Positions 1-8,839 are shown, numbered from the stretch's first letter. The stretch: DNA of 64,000 bases from Blastocatellia bacterium (GCA_035652355.1 DASRDY010000034.1:14973-78972); one strand, 5' to 3'. Made by a program: numbers and translations. The notes: generated by a model not told the origin, from the letters alone.

Positions 1-963
1 GGGCAACAGTGGCGCTTCCACAACATCCAGCTTCGGGTAGGGAAACTGGCCAAACAACGACGCGTAAACCGAAACCGCGTCGGCAGCTTTTGTCAGCAGG
101 TTTTTTCCGACTGAAGCGTCGCGCTCCCTGAAGATAGACCGCACTTTTGTTGCGCCAACGCTGGTTTCAGAGACGGCAAGGTTTCGACCGATTATGATGC
201 CGAACTCCCTTATTTGCTCGCCGGAAGATTCGACTATCTGTTTACTTTCCAGTTCGCTTTGCAGGCGGTGCTCAAGTCCGGACATTGCTATGACCAACCC
301 GCGCTCAGTTGTGACCTTTACCCTATAATCCGCGGATTCTGAAAACTCCATGTCGCCCATCGTGTCTGGCACGCCGGTTTGCCACTTCTGGCCATTCTGA
401 ACCGCAAGAATCGGGTAGGCGAATCCCAGCAGCATGACGTCATCCGATCGCAGAAAAGTTTCGTTGCCACGCCGTTCGATCGACTTACGAACAGCGGCGG
501 AACTGAGCTCGCGCATCAAGTGGGCAAGCGTGTTAGTCATCGAATCGGTTACAAGAGGAACTTGGCCGGTGAATTCGATTGTTATTTGAACGCCCTCATC
601 AGGTGCGACCGACGACGACAGATAAACCTTTAATTGTTCCTGATCGACATCATATTTCAGAGCGCGACCATTGCTACTGACTGCGGAAATCCTGATCGGC
701 GATTCGCTCTGGTCTTTCTTGTTCGCCTGATAATTGGGATAGAGATGGAAAAATAGGGAATCAACCGGTTTCTTGGTCTGGTTTACGTAACTCAGAACTT
801 CACGGCCAGTTAACGAAGAGTGCTCAAACTCGATATCAAAATCGAGGTTGTAAGTAGTTCTGCCTGACGGTTCACCATTTATCTGAACAACCGTAAAACC
901 AAAAAGGCATATACTCAGTAGAAATACCTTTTTGCCGGTTGCTCTTATTGTTTGAACAGTCAA
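1..963 (-). CDS. M1-family (aminopeptidase N-like) metallopeptidase, N-terminal part. The gene runs off the left edge of the window.
   Basis: The minus-strand frame is open from a TTG at 963-961 to position 1. It is absent from the ORF track because it has no stop in the window. It has a signal-like N-terminus (KKVFLLSICLFGFTVV). The segment ...SLFGQFPYPKLDVVEAPLLP resembles the region preceding the GxMEN/HExxH site of M1 peptidases. Confidence 0.5.
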   Translation of the reverse strand, partial: MTVQTIRATGKKVFLLSICLFGFTVVQINGEPSGRTTYNLDFDIEFEHSSLTGREVLSYVNQTKKPVDSLFFHLYPNYQANKKDQSESPIRISAVSSNGRALKYDVDQEQLKVYLSSSVAPDEGVQITIEFTGQVPLVTDSMTNTLAHLMRELSSAAVRKSIERRGNETFLRSDDVMLLGFAYPILAVQNGQKWQTGVPDTMGDMEFSESADYRVKVTTERGLVIAMSGLEHRLQSELESKQIVESSGEQIREFGIIIGRNLAVSETSVGATKVRSIFRERDASVGKNLLTKAADAVSVYASLFGQFPYPKLDVVEAPLLP

Positions 964-987
964 ATTCGGGATTGCCTTTCAAAACCG

Positions 988-3258
988 CTATGGTTTTACC
1001 TCGATCTCTATTCGTTCGATTACGTCGCCACGTGTGATTCTATCGACGACGTCCATTCCACTGACGACCCGGCCAAATACAGTGTAACCACCATCCAGAT
1101 GAGGCTGAGGCAGATGACAAATGAAAAACTGCGAGCCCCCGGTATCTCGCCCGGACAGCGCCATGCCGACACTCCCTCGTAAACAAGGCAGCATATTTAT
1201 CTCGTCCCGGATTTGATACCCCGGGCCACCGCTGGAGTTATTATTTGGATCGCCTCCCTGGATAACAAAGTTAGGAACAACGCGCATAAATGAAAGCCCA
1301 TTATAGAACCCGCGATTAGCCAGCTCGATAAAGTTTTCAGCGGTCATTGGCGCTTCTCTGGTATTCAACGCAATCTTTATCTCGCCTTTTTTGGTAACGA
1401 TCGTAGCGAATATGTCTGAATTGAATTGGTCCCGTACTTTGTCATAGAAGGCAGTGCTGTGAGCCTTTTGGATGATGCCCAAATATTGATCGTATTTTTC
1501 CGAATTCACTTTAGCCAGCAGCTTGATTGCGTCACGGCGAACGTTGTAATCGTTATCTGTCAGAGCCGAAATCAGGACTTCGATAGTGCCGGGGTTTTTA
1601 TACTTCGCAATCGCGTTCAGCGCGGCCAGTTTGGCATCATTGACTTCGTCGCTGCGCGCGCGGTCATAGGCCTTTTTGAGAGCGTCGAAATTAATCTGAC
1701 TATCAAAGTTTCCCAGCTGACCCGCTGCCACCGCGCGAACATGCAGGTAATTAGACTCCAGGTTCTGGCGCAGTATTGCCTGGGCGTCATCAGCTTTGAT
1801 CCTCACCAGCGCGGTAAGGATTTCGGCTACCGCTCGCGGATCAGGCGGAACTCCATAACTCTTTCCGTTTAGCAGGTCCAGCAATTCACTATGCGCGCGG
1901 TCACCACCCACGATGGCTAAACCTTGAACGTAATTCGCCATGCTCTGCCAGTCATTAGGAGGGAACACAGTTTTGGGTGGAATATCAAAAAAAGCTTGTT
2001 CGCCGAATCTAGCCACGGCTATTTCAAACTCCGGATAGGTTCCAAGTCTTGAAGATCGTCGATTGGGCGTAAAACGAATCTGTTTCAACAGAGGCAGAGC
2101 CGATTCCTCTTTAAGTATGCCAAGAGCCTGCGCAGATTCCAGCAAGAGCATTATTGCCGGAGATTCACCTTTGTTCGGGGCGCAATCCGCAAAGCAAGAT
2201 TCGTCGCGCCAAACTTTGTAAGCCGCCTCTGCGACCTTGGCGATAGCCGGCCCAGCGCTCTTGTCGCCGAGCTGACCGAGGGCCTTCACAATCTCGATCT
2301 GCAACATCCGGCGAGTATCTTCCGTGAAGTCCCTGGTGACGCCTGTCGCGCTCACAGTTGCAAGCATCTTTAACAAAGGATCGACTGAGCGCTTCTCTTT
2401 GATCGATGCCAGGGCTCGGACGCAATAGATTTGAACCAGTGGGCTTGGATCGGTGAGTCCGGCCAGCAGGGCATCCGCGGCCGGCGCGGCGGCCGCCCGC
2501 ATTCGCGACAGCGCATTTGCCGCTTGCCATCGCAGATCATCGTCCTTGCATTTCAGATAGCCGACTAAATATGGAACCGACCCTTCGTTCCTTATTCGCA
2601 GCAGCGCCGTAATTACCAGAGAAGCGAGCTCCTTCTCCTCTGGTTTAAAACTCTTTGTCGGGTCAGGAAGGAGTTTCAGCAGTCCATCAATCGCCCTTTT
2701 CTCCTGGGCTGGATCGAGGGCATCCTGATTATCAGGAGCACTGAGGATCTTCCCCAGTGCTTCGGCCGAGCGTTCCTTAACCAATAAAGGCTCCTGATCA
2801 TTTGTAATCGAGGCAAGCAGAACAAGCAGTCCGGCCGGGTCATTCATGACGCCCAGGGAAAATGCAACTGTTGCCCGCAACGCCGGGTCCTGTTCACCGA
2901 CAAACATATCCATCAACACTGGGGTCGCGCGTCTGTCTCCAATGCGGCCGATCGCCAGAGCGGCCCGTTTGCGAACTCCAAGATGTCTGGTCTGAAGGAT
3001 ACGGTTGATCTCAGTTGCGTCGTAAAATCGTTCGTCCTCCAGCTTTGCGAGCTTCATGTATAAAGTAGTTGAGACGTGATCGATCCGCAGGATTGGCTCG
3101 GTGCTCTTCTTTGGGATTCCGTTATTGGGCGGCAAAGGGTCACCGGGTCTTCGTGGCCCCAACGGATTCGGCGGAACCTGGGCGCTGGAGATTACTGCGA
3201 AACAAAGAACAATGAAGCTGCAAAACAGGAGTTTTAATAAAAACGGGCGACTAAACAA
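988..3258 (-). CDS. Secreted HEAT/Armadillo-repeat protein fused to a C-terminal cyclophilin-type peptidyl-prolyl isomerase.
   Basis: 756 aa ORF with an N-terminal signal peptide (LLFCSFIVLCFAVISSAQ). A long helical repeat region follows, with recurring ALGxxGDxRAxPxL-like units. The C-terminus (FYNGLSFMRVVPNFVIQGGDP...SGGSQFFIC...LDGGYTVFGRV) is typical of cyclophilin PPIases. Confidence 0.85.
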   Translation of the reverse strand: MFSRPFLLKLLFCSFIVLCFAVISSAQVPPNPLGPRRPGDPLPPNNGIPKKSTEPILRIDHVSTTLYMKLAKLEDERFYDATEINRILQTRHLGVRKRAALAIGRIGDRRATPVLMDMFVGEQDPALRATVAFSLGVMNDPAGLLVLLASITNDQEPLLVKERSAEALGKILSAPDNQDALDPAQEKRAIDGLLKLLPDPTKSFKPEEKELASLVITALLRIRNEGSVPYLVGYLKCKDDDLRWQAANALSRMRAAAAPAADALLAGLTDPSPLVQIYCVRALASIKEKRSVDPLLKMLATVSATGVTRDFTEDTRRMLQIEIVKALGQLGDKSAGPAIAKVAEAAYKVWRDESCFADCAPNKGESPAIMLLLESAQALGILKEESALPLLKQIRFTPNRRSSRLGTYPEFEIAVARFGEQAFFDIPPKTVFPPNDWQSMANYVQGLAIVGGDRAHSELLDLLNGKSYGVPPDPRAVAEILTALVRIKADDAQAILRQNLESNYLHVRAVAAGQLGNFDSQINFDALKKAYDRARSDEVNDAKLAALNAIAKYKNPGTIEVLISALTDNDYNVRRDAIKLLAKVNSEKYDQYLGIIQKAHSTAFYDKVRDQFNSDIFATIVTKKGEIKIALNTREAPMTAENFIELANRGFYNGLSFMRVVPNFVIQGGDPNNNSSGGPGYQIRDEINMLPCLRGSVGMALSGRDTGGSQFFICHLPQPHLDGGYTVFGRVVSGMDVVDRITRGDVIERIEIEVKP

Positions 3259-3644
3259 GGCTATATCCTTTATATACCTGGGCGGCGTAATGTGAACGTG
3301 GATGTTTAAGAATACCGGAAGAGCCGACCGGAATAAAGGTCTGGTGAATCAAATGTGTGATGCCGGATGACACAGCAAGATGGTTGTGACAATCAGGTGT
3401 CACAGCGTTAGTTATAGCAATTAAAACAGTTTCGCCGCTGTGACAGGTGTGACACCGGTTGGCCGAATCCTGGAAATTACCCGACCGAAACCCAACGTTT
3501 TGCACCCTAGCGGTGCATTTTGTTGCCGGCTTTAGGGGCGGTTAGAAATTCTATTTTCTATATCGTAGTGATGATGCGCTCGGTCAATATCCAGCCAATG
3601 CCCGGGTGACGGACGTGGAATTTTATTAAAATGTTAGATTTTTG

Positions 3645-3674
3645 TTGACACCCGTTTTCAGGATGCGTTAGTAT
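3645..3674 (+). promoter_or_regulatory. Candidate sigma70-type promoter: TTGACA, 18-bp spacer, TAGTAT.
   Basis: TTGACA lies at 3645-3650 and TAGTAT at 3669-3674, preceded by an A/T-rich stretch. It sits about 275 nt upstream of the csp start codon. Confidence 0.45.
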
Positions 3675-3741
3675 CGCAGACGCACGTTATTTTGAAGTAG
3701 GTAGTTGTGGTATCAAGCAGTTGCGCTTCCTGAAATCGTTC

Positions 3742-3787
3742 AAACCGCAGTCGTGGGCATCACCGCTCGCTCTGCGGTTTTGTGTTT
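3742..3787 (+). terminator. Intrinsic-terminator-like hairpin inside the csp leader. It could be an attenuator or the 3' end of a roughly 105-nt sRNA.
   Basis: AAACCGCAG (3742-3750) pairs with CTGCGGTTT (3772-3780) around a 21-nt loop. It is followed by TTTGTGTTTT. Confidence 0.4.
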
Positions 3788-3950
3788 TACTGGGCGACTG
3801 ACCTCCACAATCTCCGGCGCAGGTCCAGCGCTGGCGGAAAATTCAAAAATTCACAAACAGGCATAAAAATCCAACTATCTTTTTTTCGGATTCGTTAGGT
3901 TCGCTTTTTCGATGAATTTTCTGCCGACTATACCATCAGGAGGATTCTGC

Positions 3951-4163
3951 ATGTCTAGAACAACCGGTAAGGTCAAATGGTTCAATAACAGCAAGGGCTA
4001 TGGCTTCATAGAGCAGCCGGGCGTGGGCGATATATTCGTTCATTATTCGGCTATTCAAGGTATGGGGTTCAAGACTTTGCGCGAAGGCCAAGAGGTTGAG
4101 TTCGAGGTGAAGGACGGCCCAAAGGGACTGCAAGCCGAGAACGTGACCAAAGTTTCTGCCTAA
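3951..4163 (+). CDS. Cold-shock protein, CspA family.
   Basis: [15 protein letters not shown] (RNP1-like) and DIFVHYS (RNP2-like) motifs are present. AGGAGG lies 6 nt upstream of the ATG at 3951. The longer 3912 start in the ORF track is unlikely. Confidence 0.95.
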   Translation: MSRTTGKVKWFNNSKGYGFIEQPGVGDIFVHYSAIQGMGFKTLREGQEVEFEVKDGPKGLQAENVTKVSA

Positions 4164-4226
4164 ATAACATCTCTGGAGTGAGTTGAAGGATTAAAATTTC
4201 GGAAACAAGAACAAAACCGTTTGATC

Positions 4227-4258
4227 AACCCGTTGTTTCTCCCCAACGGGTTTTTTCT
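4227..4258 (+). terminator. Rho-independent terminator after csp.
   Basis: AACCCGTTG (4227-4235) pairs with CAACGGGTT (4244-4252). A T-run follows, TTTTTTCTTT. Confidence 0.7.
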
Positions 4259-4264
4259 TTGCGC

Positions 4265-4963
4265 TCAGCCTCGTTTTCCCTTTGCGGTGAACTTGACGCT
4301 ACCGTTTTCAACCGTGACGTTGTAAGTGACTTCGTTACAATGGCCGGCCTGTTTCACCTGCTCTGTTCGTGAAGCAATCAATCGAGTGAATTGCGTAAAC
4401 GACACTTTGGACGTATCTTCGCCTGCTTTCTTTTTCGAATCCAGGATCATATCGAATAACTGACGGACCTTCTCACGCTCTTTGGACGGATCGGAAAGCG
4501 TTACACTCAAGGGATCGGCCGCGGCCGCTTTAACGGGCGTTTCCGACGCGACTTTCGGAGGAGCGGGTGGGGCCTCGGGCGTCGTCGGCTCAGAAGATTT
4601 GAAATATCCCGTTTGCCAGCGACCCTCTTCTCGCTGTTGCATCAGACGTCGCCACAGATCGCGAAAAGTGTTATATCTGTGACTGAGACCAGAAAATCTA
4701 TAACGCTGTTCGTACCGAAGCGATCTGTCGTCTCCTAATCGCCTGATAACTGTTTCGATCCTGTTGCGTGTTTCAATCGGTGGGCGTTTTGAACCGCCAG
4801 CGAAAAAAACATCGAACTCAATTTTCAGCCGTCTCAGGTCGTCTTCAAGACGATCCAACTCTTCGTTCAGAGTCGGTGGTGCTTGGAGTTGAGGCACAAT
4901 AAGCTCCTGGGGATAGTTTATAATGTGCGCGAGCATAATACTTCGCTTCAAAAATATCGGCAT
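4265..4963 (-). CDS. Conserved hypothetical protein with a coiled-coil N-terminus, a Pro/Ala-rich linker and a small C-terminal beta domain.
   Basis: 232 aa ORF with coding-like composition. I do not recognise a catalytic motif. Resemblance to myxobacterial MXAN_5187-type proteins is only a vague recollection. An alternative start is at 4936. Confidence 0.6.
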   Translation of the reverse strand: MPIFLKRSIMLAHIINYPQELIVPQLQAPPTLNEELDRLEDDLRRLKIEFDVFFAGGSKRPPIETRNRIETVIRRLGDDRSLRYEQRYRFSGLSHRYNTFRDLWRRLMQQREEGRWQTGYFKSSEPTTPEAPPAPPKVASETPVKAAAADPLSVTLSDPSKEREKVRQLFDMILDSKKKAGEDTSKVSFTQFTRLIASRTEQVKQAGHCNEVTYNVTVENGSVKFTAKGKRG

Positions 4964-5073
4964 TTTGGGTGCAAAGCTTGAGGTAAAGTGTCAGTACCAG
5001 GCGCTTACCGCACCCTGGTACTGACTTGACTAGCGGTCCGGGTTGTGGCATTAGCCCATGACGCCATTAAACT

Positions 5074-6507
5074 ATGTCTGACGAAATAAACGAAAAGCTG
5101 AGATTGATTCCATCAATCGACAAATTGCTGGATATTCCGGCAATAAGGGATCTGACTGTGCAATCGAGCCATTCGTTTGTCAGAGACGCCCTGCGGACAG
5201 TTGTCGATGATCTTCGCAAAGAGATGCAGAGCAACTCTGTTTCGTACAACGGCGAGATCGCGGCCGAAATTCAAAAGCGCCTGCAACAGCGAATTCATGA
5301 CGCAAGGCAATCAAAACTCAGACCAGCAATCAACGCGACTGGGGTTGTAATTCATACCAACCTCGGACGTGCGCCGTTAGCGGTTGAAGCTATCAAATCG
5401 ATGACGGAAATTGCAGGACGGTATTCGAATCTCGAATACGATCTCTCAACCGGACGGCGCGGAAAACGCGATGCGCATTGCGAAGAATTACTGTGTCAGC
5501 TTACCGGCGCAGAATCCGCCGTGGTAGTGAATAATAATGCTGCGGGAGTTTTCCTGACGCTCAACGAAGTCGCGCGCGACGGAGAGGTCATCATATCTCG
5601 CGGTGAACTGGTCGAGATCGGCGGCGGCTTTCGCATTCCCGAAGTCATCGGGCGCAGCGGCGCTATCTTGCGCGAAGTGGGCACGACAAACAAGACTCGC
5701 ATCAGCGACTACGAATCCGCAATCAATGGCAATACAAAAGCGATTCTGCGGGTACATCCGTCAAATTTCCGGATAACAGGATTCACAGCGAAACCATCGT
5801 TAGAGGACCTGATCGAGCTGTCAAATCGGACGGGAATCCCTTGTATTGAAGACAATGGCAGCGGCTGCCTGGTTGATCCTGAAACAATGGGATTAACAGA
5901 CGAGCCTTTTGTGCAAGTCTCGATAAGATCAGGTGCGCACGTTGTAACTTTCAGCGGCGACAAATTGCTCGGTGGTCCTCAGTCAGGAATCATCGTGGGC
6001 AAACGAGAATTGATTGATCGCATTCGTCGCAATCCGTTGATGCGGGCTTTTCGTGTCGACAAACTGACTTATGCGGGACTGGAAGCGACCCTCAGACTTT
6101 ATGTCGAAGGCAGAGAGTCAGAGATTCCCGTAATCAACATGCTTCGATATGACAGCCAAACCTTGTTGGAACGTGCTCGTCGGTTGATCAATGCGGTAGC
6201 ACAGTCATTGACCGATACGGGTTCCGGCGGGGCGGCGCAAACAGGCTCAATAACACTGTCAATCGGCAAATCGGTATCAGTCGTCGGAGGAGGTTCCGCG
6301 CCAGAAAGACAACTTCGTTCATATCCCATAGAACTGCTTCACCGCAAAATATCCGCGAGGGAAGTCGAAGCCTGGTTACGACGGCAGGCGACTCCGATAA
6401 TCACACGCATAGAGAACGATCAAGTACTGATTGACCTGCGCACAGTCACAACAGATGAAGAGTCAACAGTCGCATCAGCCTTGAAATCCCTCAGCGAGAT
6501 TGAATGA
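5074..6507 (+). CDS. selA: L-seryl-tRNA(Sec) selenium transferase (selenocysteine synthase).
   Basis: 477 aa. It carries PAINATGVVIHTNLGRAPL and the PLP-lysine region FSGDKLLGGPQSGIIVGK. Length and overall architecture are typical of SelA. Confidence 0.9.
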   Translation: MSDEINEKLRLIPSIDKLLDIPAIRDLTVQSSHSFVRDALRTVVDDLRKEMQSNSVSYNGEIAAEIQKRLQQRIHDARQSKLRPAINATGVVIHTNLGRAPLAVEAIKSMTEIAGRYSNLEYDLSTGRRGKRDAHCEELLCQLTGAESAVVVNNNAAGVFLTLNEVARDGEVIISRGELVEIGGGFRIPEVIGRSGAILREVGTTNKTRISDYESAINGNTKAILRVHPSNFRITGFTAKPSLEDLIELSNRTGIPCIEDNGSGCLVDPETMGLTDEPFVQVSIRSGAHVVTFSGDKLLGGPQSGIIVGKRELIDRIRRNPLMRAFRVDKLTYAGLEATLRLYVEGRESEIPVINMLRYDSQTLLERARRLINAVAQSLTDTGSGGAAQTGSITLSIGKSVSVVGGGSAPERQLRSYPIELLHRKISAREVEAWLRRQATPIITRIENDQVLIDLRTVTTDEESTVASALKSLSEIE

Positions 6508-6587
6508 ACGCTATTGCTTTGCCTGTCGGTTTAGATATTCTTCCCACTTAAGACGAAATTCCGCTGACCTGAAATTGGGAGACTTTG

Positions 6588-7373
6588 ATGATCGGACCGA
6601 CCGTTCTTCTCGCCACTGAAAACGTACCAGCGGCCAATGCCGGTGTGCTATACGCTCTTTTCCTGGGATTGGTTTACGGATTGAAACACTCGACCGAAGC
6701 CGATCATATCGTGGCAGTTTCAACAATAGTCAGCGAACATCGGAAGTTATCACGGGCAGCATTGGTGGGCGCATTATGGGGCGCCGGTCATACAACATCA
6801 TTGTTTGTGGTCGGGGCATTCGTTCTGGCGCTGAGAGCCGCGATACCGGACCTGATGCGAGACTGGTTAGAGTTCGGCGTTTCGTTGATGATTATCACGC
6901 TGGGAGTTATTGCGTTAACACGCGGCATACGCAAGCGAGCCGATTTTCACGTTCACCGCCATTCGCATGATGGGTTTGAACACACTCACGTTCATTTTCA
7001 TGAACACGACACTGAACACAGCAAACCGACTTCGACTCACTCTCACGCCATCAAACAGATTGGATTCAAACCGATAATAGTCGGCTCTGTACACGGTTTG
7101 GCCGGTTCGGGCATCCTGACAGTTGCTGTTATGACGCAGATTCCTTCGGTTGCTCTTGGATTGCTTTATCTTCTGATATTTGGAGCAGGGTCGATCATCG
7201 GAATGTTGCTGATGTCCGGACTTATCGGATTACCTTTTGTGTTGAGCGCAAAAAGGGTATCGGGAATCAGCAACGGTCTGCAGATAGCCGCAGGGGTTTT
7301 CAGCGTCGCATTTGGTTTTTGGTACGCTTACCACACCGGCATTGCAACGGGCTTACTCAGAAGCATTTTCTGA
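6588..7373 (+). CDS. Polytopic membrane metal transporter with a histidine-rich loop, possibly Ni/Co-type (NiCoT/UreH-like).
   Basis: It has about six hydrophobic segments. GLKHSTEADHIVAV carries the H-x4-D-H spacing seen in the NiCoT signature. The central loop is HVHRHSHDGFEHTHVHFHEHDTEHSKPTSTHSH. GGGAGA lies upstream of the ATG at 6588. Confidence 0.5.
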   Translation: MIGPTVLLATENVPAANAGVLYALFLGLVYGLKHSTEADHIVAVSTIVSEHRKLSRAALVGALWGAGHTTSLFVVGAFVLALRAAIPDLMRDWLEFGVSLMIITLGVIALTRGIRKRADFHVHRHSHDGFEHTHVHFHEHDTEHSKPTSTHSHAIKQIGFKPIIVGSVHGLAGSGILTVAVMTQIPSVALGLLYLLIFGAGSIIGMLLMSGLIGLPFVLSAKRVSGISNGLQIAAGVFSVAFGFWYAYHTGIATGLLRSIF

Positions 7374-7398
7374 CGTAGCGTACGCAGGGATGCTTGCG

Positions 7399-8772
7399 CT
7401 ATGTTAAGAAGTCCGAAACCTGATGAACAACCTTATCGGCGCGTTTAGCGCAATCTCCGGCCGAGACACCATCAAGGTAATTACAAGCGAAGAAGAGTCC
7501 TGGGACAGAATTCGACGCTCCTTCGATGGTGCGAGCTCGTTCTGAATGTCCAATGTTATATTGAGGAATCGCTCGACTATGGCGAATGATTTGAATGATC
7601 CCTGGATCACCCGTGATATTCATGGTCTGCCGCAATTCACTGGTTACAATCTTTCGGATCGCGTCGTCATCCAGATTGTTGATTCCCGGATCAGTCGCTC
7701 CGCCAAAAAACATTGTCACCAGGTGAAACCCTTCAGGCGCGCGGCCGGAAAAAAGACTCGAGCTCCATACGCACCCCAGCATCCTTAACCCTTCAGTTCT
7801 TGGGATAAGAAAACCAAAGCCGTTGACAGGATTCGCGGTCTGGTCTTTTTTGATCGCAGCCGAAACAACGACGACGGGGGGATAGGGGATCGTATCCAGA
7901 GCATCCGCTGCGGTTGCAGACAATGGTCGAACTATTCCCGCCGCGGCGAAGGCGGGAGTTGCCATTACAATAGCATTGCAGTCAACGCTCATCACCTGCC
8001 CGGCATTCTTGTACGATACGGAAAAGGCTCCATTCAGTTTTTCGACGTTAATATCAGAACAATTCAATTCGATTGAATCACCCAGGTTTTCGGCAATGGC
8101 GTTCGGCAGAACGCCAATACCATGCTTGAATGAAGTTAACGTCATTTTGCGGCGCGGTCTTGCCGGTTGTGCAGCATGTGATTTTTTCCGTCGCATAGCC
8201 TTGAACGCTCCGCGAGTAATGCTTCCGCCTTCCTCTTCGAATTCGACCAGTGCGGCAAACGTCGACCGCATGCTGAGCTTGCTGCTGTCTCCGGCATAGA
8301 TCCCTGAGACAAAGGGAGAAACGAAAGTCTTTTCAATTTGTGGACCAAGTCTCCTGGTTATAAAACCGGCAACTGATTCGTCCGTTCCGTTTCTCATACC
8401 TTTTATGAACGGCTCTGCAAGAATTCGGAGTTTTCCTCCGATTGTTAACAAAGATGTTGAGATAAAACCACCGAGTCCCATCGGAAATGGTTTCAGCTTG
8501 CCGTTTTGGTAGATGAATCGAGGCGCGGCCGGATCGGCTTCCAGTTTTTCGTTTTCCAGTCCAAGCTCGCTAATCAGGTCGTCGAGAAGATCATTATTAC
8601 GAAAACTATTCGGCCCCCATTCGGTCAGGAATCCATCTTCGATAGTGGTTCGCATCACGCCGCCGACTCTGTCAGCGCGTTCAAGAAGATTGACATCAAT
8701 TCCGGCCTGTTTCAATCTGTAAGCGGTAATCAGCCCGGAGATTCCGCTTCCGATTATTATGACTCGTTTCAT
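7399..8772 (-). CDS. hemY: FAD-dependent protoporphyrinogen (or coproporphyrinogen) oxidase, HemY type.
   Basis: It has the N-terminal dinucleotide fold MKRVIIIGSGISGLITAYRL...ERADRVGG. Length is 457 aa. It sits in a heme operon. Confidence 0.85.
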   Translation of the reverse strand: MKRVIIIGSGISGLITAYRLKQAGIDVNLLERADRVGGVMRTTIEDGFLTEWGPNSFRNNDLLDDLISELGLENEKLEADPAAPRFIYQNGKLKPFPMGLGGFISTSLLTIGGKLRILAEPFIKGMRNGTDESVAGFITRRLGPQIEKTFVSPFVSGIYAGDSSKLSMRSTFAALVEFEEEGGSITRGAFKAMRRKKSHAAQPARPRRKMTLTSFKHGIGVLPNAIAENLGDSIELNCSDINVEKLNGAFSVSYKNAGQVMSVDCNAIVMATPAFAAAGIVRPLSATAADALDTIPYPPVVVVSAAIKKDQTANPVNGFGFLIPRTEGLRMLGCVWSSSLFSGRAPEGFHLVTMFFGGATDPGINNLDDDAIRKIVTSELRQTMNITGDPGIIQIIRHSRAIPQYNIGHSERARTIEGASNSVPGLFFACNYLDGVSAGDCAKRADKVVHQVSDFLT

Positions 8773-8839
8773 GAGATCTGAGATGGCACAGGCATCCTGC
8801 CTGTGGCTTTATTTTAAATGCGCAGGCTGGAAGCCTACG

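Noticed and set aside
379-633. An 84-aa plus-strand ORF at the left edge.
   Set aside because: It lies antisense within the better-supported minus-strand M1-like peptidase frame, which is open across the entire 1-963 region.
3251-3505. An 84-aa minus-strand ORF containing CHTCH (a CxxCH heme-c-like motif) and several further CH dipeptides.
   Set aside because: The Cys-His pairs are simply the translation of the repeated TGTCAC/TGTGACA DNA motif. The ORF has no signal peptide, overlaps the PPIase start, and lies in what looks like regulatory DNA.
4964-5073. A possible tRNA-Sec (selC) next to selA, suggested by the long hairpin at 4990-5025.
   Set aside because: There is no T-loop (GTTCGAnTC-like) sequence, no 8-bp acceptor stem with a matching 3' end, and no U-TCA-A anticodon loop on either strand. 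The only tRNA-like T arm in the whole window is the tRNA-Leu at 50744-50828.
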